Assembly (NCBI GenBank): GCA_016840085.1 | Contig: JAEOTA010000063.1 | Span: 1-28,297 of the forward strand | Direction of reading: 5' to 3' | Length of the DNA: 28,297 nt | Source: Promethearchaeota archaeon | GTDB lineage: Archaea; Asgardarchaeota; Lokiarchaeia; Sigyniarchaeales; SOKP01 | Shown: piece by piece, positions 8,932 through 17,070 of the stretch | Layout of the letters: every line of letters begins with the position of its first letter | Position numbering within the stretch: position 1 is the first letter of the stretch | The notes under the pieces: model-generated | Database searches by the model: none | The model's input: only the letters and a program-made list of their open reading frames with translations | What the model was told of the DNA's origin: nothing | Made by a program: the position numbers and the translations under genes

Positions 8932-10262
8932 TATTTACTCCCCATTTTCTTTTTAACTACTTCTATTAATTTTTCTAAGATCTCATTATCAGTTAAACAC
9001 TCTCCTGGCGCATCTTTAACCTTTCTTAATCTTAAAGGAACATTGTCCATACGATATGCGGTTCCTTCACATTCTATTCCTGCAATAGCAGGTGGTAAGA
9101 TTATATCTGCATTTACGGATGTTGGAGTGTGATGAGGTTCAATAGATATAAGAGGATGTGTAAACATATTTTTTACAGCTGCTGCAGGAAAATTACTTGC
9201 TGGATCAGATGCTACAATTAATGAAGCATCTGCTTCATCCCTCATTAATACATCTACGGAAGAGAATTCTCCTGGATTATAGCGTGGATACCCTTTAGAA
9301 AAATCTATAGAATAATTATATCCTGTTTGCCATGTAAAGACTTGGTTTGCACCTGCAACATTATAATGACCTCGCATAGGAGTTAATAAAAATTTTGTAT
9401 GATCATTCAGTTCCCGTACTAAACAAATAGCAGCATCAATATTTCGATGATGGGATAATGATTGGGTTAATCCCATACCAAAAAAGATGACACCAAAATT
9501 ACAAGACTTTAATATTTCTACTAATTCTTTAATTTTCTCTATTGGAATTCCTGATATTTCTTCTTCGTCTACATCCACGCCTCGCAACATTGCTCTAATT
9601 GCGTTAATTAACTCATAATCTTCGTTAGGGTTAACTTGAATAAATAAATCAGCGATTTGAGCAGTATGGGTGTTTCTTGGATCCACCACTACAATAAATC
9701 TATCATTTCGACCATCTTTTCTAAAATATCCACGTACAAATTCACTATACCTTCCAAGATGTCGTGGATGAGCATGAACTGGATTAGAACCCCAAAATAT
9801 AACGAGATCAGCTCTATTTTTATACTCGCCTAAGGTTGAAGTTGGAGCTCCAACATCTTGAATTGCTAATAATGATGGACCATGACATACAGAAGATGTA
9901 TTATCTAAAATCCCCCCTAATAATTCTGCTAGTTCTACACCTTTACCTTGAGCTTCACATTCTGTACTTGAAAAGCCATATAACAAAGACCTCTTAGCTT
10001 TTACAAGAATATCCGCAGCTTTATCTAAAGCTTCATCCCATGATACTTCCTTATAAGAACCATTATCTTTAATTAAGGGTTTTTCATATCGATGTTCGCT
10101 AGGATTTGATGAAAAAAATTTTTTAGTTCCAATCTGACATCCATTTCTTACTTCTACTACTTTCTGCTCATTTACATCGACATCTACTTCAAGATCGTCG
10201 CATAACGTCCCACAGAAAGGACAAACTACATCAGTTATAGTTTTAATATTCTTTGTTACCAT
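8931..10262 (-). CDS. fwdB: Formylmethanofuran dehydrogenase subunit B (W/Mo-bis-pterin, Cys-ligated form)
   Basis: CPFCGTLCDD...C [4Fe-4S] motif, DNTSSVCHGPS metal-ligand Cys, WGSNPVHAHPRH, PMRGHYNVAG, GTAYRMDNVP. Confidence 0.96.
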   Translation of the reverse strand: MVTKNIKTITDVVCPFCGTLCDDLEVDVDVNEQKVVEVRNGCQIGTKKFFSSNPSEHRYEKPLIKDNGSYKEVSWDEALDKAADILVKAKRSLLYGFSSTECEAQGKGVELAELLGGILDNTSSVCHGPSLLAIQDVGAPTSTLGEYKNRADLVIFWGSNPVHAHPRHLGRYSEFVRGYFRKDGRNDRFIVVVDPRNTHTAQIADLFIQVNPNEDYELINAIRAMLRGVDVDEEEISGIPIEKIKELVEILKSCNFGVIFFGMGLTQSLSHHRNIDAAICLVRELNDHTKFLLTPMRGHYNVAGANQVFTWQTGYNYSIDFSKGYPRYNPGEFSSVDVLMRDEADASLIVASDPASNFPAAAVKNMFTHPLISIEPHHTPTSVNADIILPPAIAGIECEGTAYRMDNVPLRLRKVKDAPGECLTDNEILEKLIEVVKKKMGSK

Positions 10263-10264
10263 TT

Positions 10265-10660
10265 TTATGCCCCCTTTAAAGTGCTAATTAGTTCTACTGC
10301 ATCCAGTACTTTACCATTTGGAACAGCTTCTACACTTGCTTTCATCCCTTTATATGTAGGTGTGCCGCAGGATTGAGAATCTGGATTAACTACTTGGTTT
10401 GCCCAAGGGCCCATGGGAATAAAAATAATTCCAGGATGAGGTCCTTCTTCTGAAATGGTTGAATACACCATTACTTCACCATGATCTGTATAAACCTTAA
10501 CTGGGGTTCCAACAAGATAATCTAGCTTTTTAAAATCATCTTTATCAAATGCACATATGGCTGCTGCCCGAACATTTTCACGAGTGTTTTTTCCTCCTTC
10601 AAGAGCAATACCCTGGTTAATGGTTCGACAAGTTATTAGTATTAAATTATTTATACTCAT
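10265..10660 (-). CDS. fwdD: Formylmethanofuran dehydrogenase subunit D (molybdopterin dinucleotide-binding)
   Basis: LITCRTINQG, GIIFIPMGPWAN, GTPTYKG. ATG at 10660 chosen to avoid overlap with the upstream gene. Confidence 0.93.
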   Translation of the reverse strand: MSINNLILITCRTINQGIALEGGKNTRENVRAAAICAFDKDDFKKLDYLVGTPVKVYTDHGEVMVYSTISEEGPHPGIIFIPMGPWANQVVNPDSQSCGTPTYKGMKASVEAVPNGKVLDAVELISTLKGA

Positions 10661-10664
10661 CTTA

Positions 10665-11384
10665 TTATTCCTCCTTTGATTCACTCCACCTTAAAGTCTT
10701 TAATCTTTCTGTAAGTGGTTCCCAGAACATCTCACTAAACTCACCTGAAGACTTAACTTCAGTAATTTTTAACTTTACAGCCCCAGTAGGACAAGTATTA
10801 TCACAGGATCCACAAAAAATGCATTTTTCAGGGTCGACAACTACATTAGGGACAGTTTCCCATCCTTTATCGGATCTTTCTGGAATTGTTATCGCTCCGC
10901 TTGGACAAACATCTGCACATGCGTCACAACCTCCAGCACATTCCTCATCAACAATGCTAATTTCTCCCTCAGAATATTGCTTAACAACTCTTTCTACTCC
11001 CGTAATATCAGTTATTTTTTTTGCTTCAAATTCGAGTTTAGGAACAACCTTTTCCTTAACAATTTGAATATCTTCTAACTCTATTACTTGACCATCTTTT
11101 TTAAGCGTTAAAGCGCTAAAAGGGCACATAACTACACAAGTTCCACAAAAAACACATTTTTCTGGATCATATATTTCTGGAATGATATCTTCTAAAGATG
11201 GGAACCTACGAGCTGCTGCGACTGGCCCGCGCGAAATTGCTTCCTTTGGACAAACTCTTGCGCATGTACCACATCCTACACATTTAGTTCTATCTAAAAG
11301 GAGTTCCAAACTTTCAGTAAGGAATTGAACTTTTACATGTTCGAGATCTTTACTTATTGAACGTGATATTTTTGGAAATGACAT
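10665..11384 (-). CDS. fwdF: Short FwdF-like polyferredoxin (four [4Fe-4S] motifs)
   Basis: CVGCGTCARVCP, CVFCGTCVVMCP, CAGGCDACADVCP, CIFCGSCDNTCP; position in the fwd operon. ATG at 11384. Confidence 0.75.
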   Translation of the reverse strand: MSFPKISRSISKDLEHVKVQFLTESLELLLDRTKCVGCGTCARVCPKEAISRGPVAAARRFPSLEDIIPEIYDPEKCVFCGTCVVMCPFSALTLKKDGQVIELEDIQIVKEKVVPKLEFEAKKITDITGVERVVKQYSEGEISIVDEECAGGCDACADVCPSGAITIPERSDKGWETVPNVVVDPEKCIFCGSCDNTCPTGAVKLKITEVKSSGEFSEMFWEPLTERLKTLRWSESKEE

Positions 11385-11394
11385 ATTTTCTACC

Positions 11395-11652
11395 TCATTT
11401 AACTTCAATTAATTGTAATTCTATAGCAGAAACGGGACAATATTTCAGACAAACCCCACAGCCATCACAATTTACATCTCTACCCTCAACATATATATCG
11501 TACGCCATTCCATTTTTAACCAAGACTACTGCGTTTTCTTCAGTTAAATAACCTTTCTCTTTTAATTGTTGGAAATTCAATGGACAACTAACGACGCAAT
11601 CATTACAACCGATACAATTGTTCTTGTTTATTTTTAATCGGTATATTTGCAT
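11395..11652 (-). CDS. fwdG: FwdG-like 2x[4Fe-4S] ferredoxin
   Basis: 85 aa, with CIGCNDCVVSCPLN and CDGCGVCLKYCPVSAI spaced as in methanogen FwdG. Confidence 0.78.
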   Translation of the reverse strand: MQIYRLKINKNNCIGCNDCVVSCPLNFQQLKEKGYLTEENAVVLVKNGMAYDIYVEGRDVNCDGCGVCLKYCPVSAIELQLIEVK

Positions 11653-11984
11653 TTTATTTCCTCGTTATTAATTGGAATCAATTAAAACATATACATAAGC
11701 GTAAAAAATCTGCTATTCTATAATGTTTTGATATTATCTTTCATAACTTAAATGTTAGAAAGGTTGTTTTTATAAAAAATTTGTTGTATAATAATATAAA
11801 GAGGGATATAAATTTAGCAAATCAAAATTAAGCTTTTAGTCTTTATAATGATAAAGGTTCTAAGAATCCAGAAATTTTAAATTGATATCTGAATCTAGCT
11901 TATCCTTAAACTTATTAACTTTTATACAAATTTTATATTAAATGTAGTTATAATTTAACAACACTTTAACTCTCACTAATTAAC

Positions 11985-13100
11985 ATGGAATCTACGAAGA
12001 GTGAAGACTGTCTTATTTTTTATGGGTTCACACCAGAAATTATTAAATTAAAACAAGTCTATCACGCGATAGAAGATTTTATAAAAAGTAAGCAAGCTAA
12101 TGATCCTTCTGATAGATTTAATCTAATAATATTTCAAAAAGATGGCCCAAATTATTTGGATCATTTTACTTTTGAACCAGATCATATTTTAAAAACTTTG
12201 AAATCATTAAAGAATAATATTGTTCGAGCTAATGTCGCTGGTGGGATTTTTATAGCTATTACATTTATAATTGAAGTATTCAAGAAAATTTCTGAAAAGA
12301 TATTTCGATTAGTAATATTAATCGATGAAGGCACTTATGAAATTCCTGAAGAATATATTCATCCTATAGAAGAATTAATTAAAGTAGTAAAGAATATGCC
12401 ATTTTTTATTGATATTGTGAGGATTAGTGAGGAAAATTCTGAAGAAAGCATAAAATTAATGAAATTAACACACTTATGTAATGGCGAGTTCTATGAAATT
12501 GATAATCTTCGCGATCTAACTCCTTTATTAAATAGACTTTCTGAAAAAAAATACATTTCTGAACCTACATTTATTAAACAAAAAATAAGGATGATCCTGA
12601 AGGAAAATCAACCATTTTATATTAATTTAGCTGATGAGCCTAAAATTATAAAAGAGAGGGCAACATGTTCAATTTGCTTTCATGAGGATGATTCTGGTAT
12701 ATTACAATGCCCCTCATGTGAAACATTAGCACATAACATTTGTTGGGCACAATGGGCTAAAACATCAAATATTGGTATTCCCCATGTATTTAGATGCCAT
12801 AATTGTTTTAATATACTAAAACTTGACAGTGATTTTGTTTTTGATGTTCAAGCAGGAAAGATTCCTTCAATAGCTGAATTAAAAAAAGTGAAGAAAAGAA
12901 ATATTGTTGAATATTTACACGAATTAGAAGCTAAAGAAAAGCCTAAAATAATTCATGCTAAGGTCCCAATGGGCGTCGAGATTAAAGAGACTAGCCAAAA
13001 AAAGTTATTGCAGAAAAAGATCATTATTTGTCCCAATTGTAGCCGAATTATTATCGGAGATAAGAAGAAATGCCCATCCTGCAATTTTATTTTGTTTTAG
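11985..13100 (+). CDS. vWA-domain (Rpn10/Ssl1-like) protein with C4HC3 RING/PHD-like finger and C-terminal Zn ribbon
   Basis: FIKSKQANDPSDRFNLIIF...RLVILID...FFIDIVRI...LTHLCNGEFY fits a vWA fold. The finger is CSIC-x10-CPSC-x4-H-x2-C-WAQW...CHNC. The ribbon is CPNC-x10-CPSC. Confidence 0.75.
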   Translation: MESTKSEDCLIFYGFTPEIIKLKQVYHAIEDFIKSKQANDPSDRFNLIIFQKDGPNYLDHFTFEPDHILKTLKSLKNNIVRANVAGGIFIAITFIIEVFKKISEKIFRLVILIDEGTYEIPEEYIHPIEELIKVVKNMPFFIDIVRISEENSEESIKLMKLTHLCNGEFYEIDNLRDLTPLLNRLSEKKYISEPTFIKQKIRMILKENQPFYINLADEPKIIKERATCSICFHEDDSGILQCPSCETLAHNICWAQWAKTSNIGIPHVFRCHNCFNILKLDSDFVFDVQAGKIPSIAELKKVKKRNIVEYLHELEAKEKPKIIHAKVPMGVEIKETSQKKLLQKKIIICPNCSRIIIGDKKKCPSCNFILF

Positions 13101-13227
13101 AGATTGTTTGAAAAGTGCACCTTAAACTTTTATTAATACAAATTCTATATCCTATTTGAAAAGATTTTTATTAAAAACTTGGATCATTAATATTAGTATT
13201 TGTAATTATCTTGAAATCCCTTTTTCA

Positions 13228-14352
13228 ATGTCAAATATAAAATATCAATTATCTCATATCTTTAAACATAAATGTGCTGTATGGGAGTTTACTCTAAAAT
13301 GTAATAGTAAATGTATTCATTGTGGCTCATCGGCAGGTAAACCTCGATTAAATGAACTCAATACTGAAGAGGCTTTAACATTAGTAAAGGATCTAAATTC
13401 TTGCGGTTATGATGGAATAGCATTAATGGGAGGGGAACCATTTTTACGAGATGATTGGTATGAAGTTGCTCAGGAAATTAAAAAAAATCAAATGAAACTT
13501 ACACTTGTTTCTAATGGATTAGATATTATAAGTCAAATTCAAAAATTAAAAAGTTTGCAAACAGATTGCGTTTCTTTAAGTTTAGATGGTGGAACTCCTA
13601 AAACTCATGATTACATAAGAGGAATTAAAGGTGCATTTGATAAAGTATTACATGTTATAAACGTTTTAAGAAAAGAAAAGTTACCTGTTAGTGTCATTAC
13701 TACAGTTAGTAAGATTAATTTTAAAGAATTAAATCTGATTCGAGATTTATTAATTAATAAAAAAATCGCATGGCAAATTCAAATAGCTTTACCTATAGGA
13801 CGCTCTTCAAGGGATTTAGTGATTACTAGAGAGCAATTTTATGCTGTAGCGATGTTTATCGCAATAAATCTTAAAAAATATTCGTCGAAAGAATTACCTT
13901 TAATAGGAGCTCATTGTTTTGGTTATTTTTCTAATCTTTTACCGGAATTAGGTTTAGATCCTTGGATTGGTTGTCAAGCAGGTAGATCAGTTTTAGGTAT
14001 TCAAAGTAATGGAAATATTAAAGGGTGTTTAACTCTACCAGATGATTTTATCATCGGAAATATCAGAGTTAACAATTTACATAATATAATAAATTCAAAA
14101 ATTAATTCTAAAAATTTTCAATTCTTTCATAAGAATAATTCAGAAAATTACTGTAGCAAATGTATAATGTTAAAAAGATGTAGAGGTGGTTGTTTAGGTA
14201 CTGCAATTGCTTTTAATTCGTTTGATAATCCATATTGTTTAAGAGCAATTGAAAAAGAAATATTTAAAAATAATTATTTGCCATTTAGGTGGAAAATGAA
14301 TTCTAAAATTTTAGAATATAAATATTTATTCAATAAAATACTTTTTAAATGA
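13228..14352 (+). CDS. Radical SAM/SPASM-domain enzyme (PqqE/peptide-maturase-like)
   Basis: AVWEFTLKCNSKCIHCGSSAG (CxxxCxxC), GGEPFLR, SLSLDG, and SPASM CQAG...GNIKGC...CSKC-x5-CRGGC...C. ATG at 13228 preferred over TTG at 13156. Confidence 0.92.
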   Translation: MSNIKYQLSHIFKHKCAVWEFTLKCNSKCIHCGSSAGKPRLNELNTEEALTLVKDLNSCGYDGIALMGGEPFLRDDWYEVAQEIKKNQMKLTLVSNGLDIISQIQKLKSLQTDCVSLSLDGGTPKTHDYIRGIKGAFDKVLHVINVLRKEKLPVSVITTVSKINFKELNLIRDLLINKKIAWQIQIALPIGRSSRDLVITREQFYAVAMFIAINLKKYSSKELPLIGAHCFGYFSNLLPELGLDPWIGCQAGRSVLGIQSNGNIKGCLTLPDDFIIGNIRVNNLHNIINSKINSKNFQFFHKNNSENYCSKCIMLKRCRGGCLGTAIAFNSFDNPYCLRAIEKEIFKNNYLPFRWKMNSKILEYKYLFNKILFK

Positions 14353-14381
14353 ATTAAAATCAAAAATAGGGTGATCAAAAT

Positions 14382-14642
14382 ATGATATTCAAGGAAATAT
14401 TTCAGTTTTATAAGATTGGGAAAGAATTAGGATTGACTCGAAAAGAAATCGATAGTGTTCTTTTATTTAAAAATAGATCCCCATTGATTCTTACTTTAAT
14501 GCTTATTATAATTCTAGCCGTCTTTGCATTTCTCTTCTGGAATATGGCTTTACTTTTTTACATGAGAACAACTGAACCAGTTTATCCTCGAGGAGGTCTA
14601 TATTCAAGTATTAGTATAAAAGATTTTAAAGATAAAAAATGA
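14382..14642 (+). CDS. Small single-TM protein (86 aa), candidate substrate or partner of the radical SAM enzyme
   Basis: GGTGA SD-like motif upstream, ATGA overlap with the next gene, one TM helix, C-terminal tail RTTEPVYPRGGLYSSISIKDFKDKK. Confidence 0.75.
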   Translation: MIFKEIFQFYKIGKELGLTRKEIDSVLLFKNRSPLILTLMLIIILAVFAFLFWNMALLFYMRTTEPVYPRGGLYSSISIKDFKDKK

Positions 14643-15982
14643 AGTTGAATATTGGTTGCGGAAAAAAATTTGAACCCGATTATTATAATATCGATTTATA
14701 TGATAATTTGGTTGCTGACAAGAAAATGTCAGCTTTAGATCTAGATTTTGCTGATAATTCTTGTCAAGAGGTAAAAGCAATCCATCTAATTGAACATTTA
14801 GGATTTTATCAATCAATTTATGCCCTAAGTGAGTTTTTTAGGGTGTTAGAACCAAAAGGAAAATTAATTTTAGAAACTCCAGATTTAGAAAAGGCTTTTC
14901 GAATTTATTTAAACTCCAATTATGAGCAAAAAAAAGATATACTAAGTTGGATTTATGGACTTCCTCATGAAGGTTTACAGCATAAATTCTGTTTTCCTTC
15001 TCAATTAATGATTGAGATATTAGAAAAGATTGGATTTGATGATATTATTCAAACCAATTTTTATAATCAAGAGTCAATCCCTACTATAAGATTCGTTTGT
15101 AATAAACCCATAAATGATGAATATCTGGGAGTATTTCAAATTTTCTCGTCTATTCGTAAAAAATTGTTGTCTAAAAAAATAATTGATTTCAAGAATTTGT
15201 TTTTAACTAAAGAACAAGAAGATCTATTAAATCTTTTGCTAATTGAAACGATAAAAATCATAAAAAATGAAAAAAAAAGTCTTAAATTTATTGAAAAAGC
15301 TTTAATTTGTTCTCCTCAAATTGTTCAAATCTATCTAACTGAAATGATTAATAGAGGTTACATTTCAAATCTTGAAGGAGATTATATTTTAGAAATTATC
15401 AAATATCTAATTAAATTTAAATTTCAAAATATTTTGTATAGTTCACTTAAAAATGCACCAATTATTCCTGGAAGTCAGAAAATTATATTTTCTTCTATTG
15501 AATCTTTTGGGTTAACATTGATTAATAGATTTTTATATATTAAAGCTGAAAAATCAAAAATAATCAATAATTTAAAGCAATTATCTGAAAGCCTTAAACC
15601 TCGAGAAATTCCCTTTTTTTCTCCTGAAATTATAAAAAGAGACTCTTTAGACTATTTCTATCAAGGGATTAAAGAATTTCATAAACAGGATTATAATAAC
15701 TCATTAGACAAATTTTTAACGGCAATAAAACTGTATAGAGATGATTTTTTATATTATTGGAATTTAGCAAGGGTTTTAGTAAAGTTAAATTTTAAGCAAA
15801 AGGCGATTCGATATTATAAAAGATCATTAAAATTATTAAGTATTACAAAACTTCAAAGTAAGGTCCAAGTTAGAAAAGATATTAAAAGAGAATTAGATTG
15901 GATAAAAAAACAAAAAAGAACACTACCAAAATTGGAACCGATTCAATCTCTTGAGAAATATCAGCCTAAAAATTTATTTTAA
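14639..15982 (+). CDS. Class I SAM-dependent methyltransferase fused to a C-terminal TPR domain
   Basis: KLNIGCG motif I, HLIEHL, EFFRVLEPKGKLILETPD; TPR-like YFYQGIKEFHKQDYNNSLDKFLTAIKL / YYWNLARVLVKLNFKQKAIRYYKRSL. Confidence 0.87.
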   Translation: MKLNIGCGKKFEPDYYNIDLYDNLVADKKMSALDLDFADNSCQEVKAIHLIEHLGFYQSIYALSEFFRVLEPKGKLILETPDLEKAFRIYLNSNYEQKKDILSWIYGLPHEGLQHKFCFPSQLMIEILEKIGFDDIIQTNFYNQESIPTIRFVCNKPINDEYLGVFQIFSSIRKKLLSKKIIDFKNLFLTKEQEDLLNLLLIETIKIIKNEKKSLKFIEKALICSPQIVQIYLTEMINRGYISNLEGDYILEIIKYLIKFKFQNILYSSLKNAPIIPGSQKIIFSSIESFGLTLINRFLYIKAEKSKIINNLKQLSESLKPREIPFFSPEIIKRDSLDYFYQGIKEFHKQDYNNSLDKFLTAIKLYRDDFLYYWNLARVLVKLNFKQKAIRYYKRSLKLLSITKLQSKVQVRKDIKRELDWIKKQKRTLPKLEPIQSLEKYQPKNLF

Positions 15983-15993
15983 GAGGTGTTAAT

Positions 15994-17016
15994 ATGAAAG
16001 AAGAGAGAAATGAAAATAGAGGCAATAAAGTGGGTTTTATTATTTTAGGGATAATTTCCCTTTTTCTGTTAATAATAAACTTTATACCTGTATTTATAAT
16101 TGATGCTGGTTTAGAAAGTAGTTTTACAGGTGATACTGATCCCGATGCCATAATATATGTTAATAAAACAAATCCAGATAAAAATTATGTTGATAATGAG
16201 GATTTATATATTGGAGAGTTTTGTGAAGTTTATTTATATTTCAATCTTGGATCGTTACCAAAGAGAACAGAACAACTATACTTCTTTCTTGAAGAAGACT
16301 TTTCCTATAATTTTTATGATTTTCCTGTAAAAGATATGGAAATAAACGTAATTCTAGTTAACTCAGACTGGGATGCTTCCGAAATAAACTGGAATAATAA
16401 ACCTAAACATGAAAGAATAATTAATACTGTTAAAATTTCCGATATTACTCAAGATCTATTCTTTGAAGGATATAATTTTAAAAGAGCTGTTGATTTAACA
16501 ACGATGTTAAAAGAAAATGAGCCTACAGAAATTAGCTTTTGTTTGAATATCACAGAAAAGAACGAAAAATTAAATAGCAGTGTAAAATTATTTTTGCCTG
16601 GTTTCATATGGAATTATGAAAAAGTTACTCTTTCTTACACTACAATTATTTCAACCCTTGTAGTTTTCTCATGTTTTGTAGGAGCAATCTTTTTCTTGCG
16701 GAAAGATTTATTCTTATGCTCTAATTGTGAGGTTAAAAGAATTCTTGAAGATCAATTCTGCCGTTCGTGTGGGACAAAATTTAACGACAATGTTTTAATT
16801 AAAGGGTGTGATTACCAATTAATATTGGCTCTATTGTGGCTTTTTATACCGATAGAAGTTTCAATCTTGTTTGGAATTTTAACCTTTACGTCTTTAGGAT
16901 TTTTTGGATTTTTTTTGGGGATTTTTATTTTACTTTTAGACATATTTTGCTTGAAACAAATGAGGATAAAAATAAAAAATTATAAAAAATTAAAAAGTAA
17001 TTTAAAACAAACTTAG
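15994..17016 (+). CDS. Membrane protein with extracellular DNRLRE/CBM96-like domain, cytoplasmic Zn ribbon and C-terminal TMs
   Basis: N-terminal TM; YVNKTNPDKNY...LYIG...YLYFNL...DWDASEINWNNKP (DNRLRE-like pattern); TM; CSNC-x10-CRSC; two further TMs. Confidence 0.65.
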   Translation: MKEERNENRGNKVGFIILGIISLFLLIINFIPVFIIDAGLESSFTGDTDPDAIIYVNKTNPDKNYVDNEDLYIGEFCEVYLYFNLGSLPKRTEQLYFFLEEDFSYNFYDFPVKDMEINVILVNSDWDASEINWNNKPKHERIINTVKISDITQDLFFEGYNFKRAVDLTTMLKENEPTEISFCLNITEKNEKLNSSVKLFLPGFIWNYEKVTLSYTTIISTLVVFSCFVGAIFFLRKDLFLCSNCEVKRILEDQFCRSCGTKFNDNVLIKGCDYQLILALLWLFIPIEVSILFGILTFTSLGFFGFFLGIFILLLDIFCLKQMRIKIKNYKKLKSNLKQT

Positions 17017-17070
17017 AAGAGGTAAAATGTGTAAGTAAAGAAAAGAAATTGCCCTATTATTTTTAATGTT

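Noticed and set aside
9870-9900. Selenocysteine form of FwdB
   Set aside because: The ligand position in VCHGPS is a TGT Cys codon and the ORF has no in-frame TGA.
13228-14352. Assignment as AhbC/AhbD, PqqE or MoaA
   Set aside because: There are no cognate pathway genes in the operon and no MoaA C-terminal GG motif. The subfamily cannot be settled without an HMM search.
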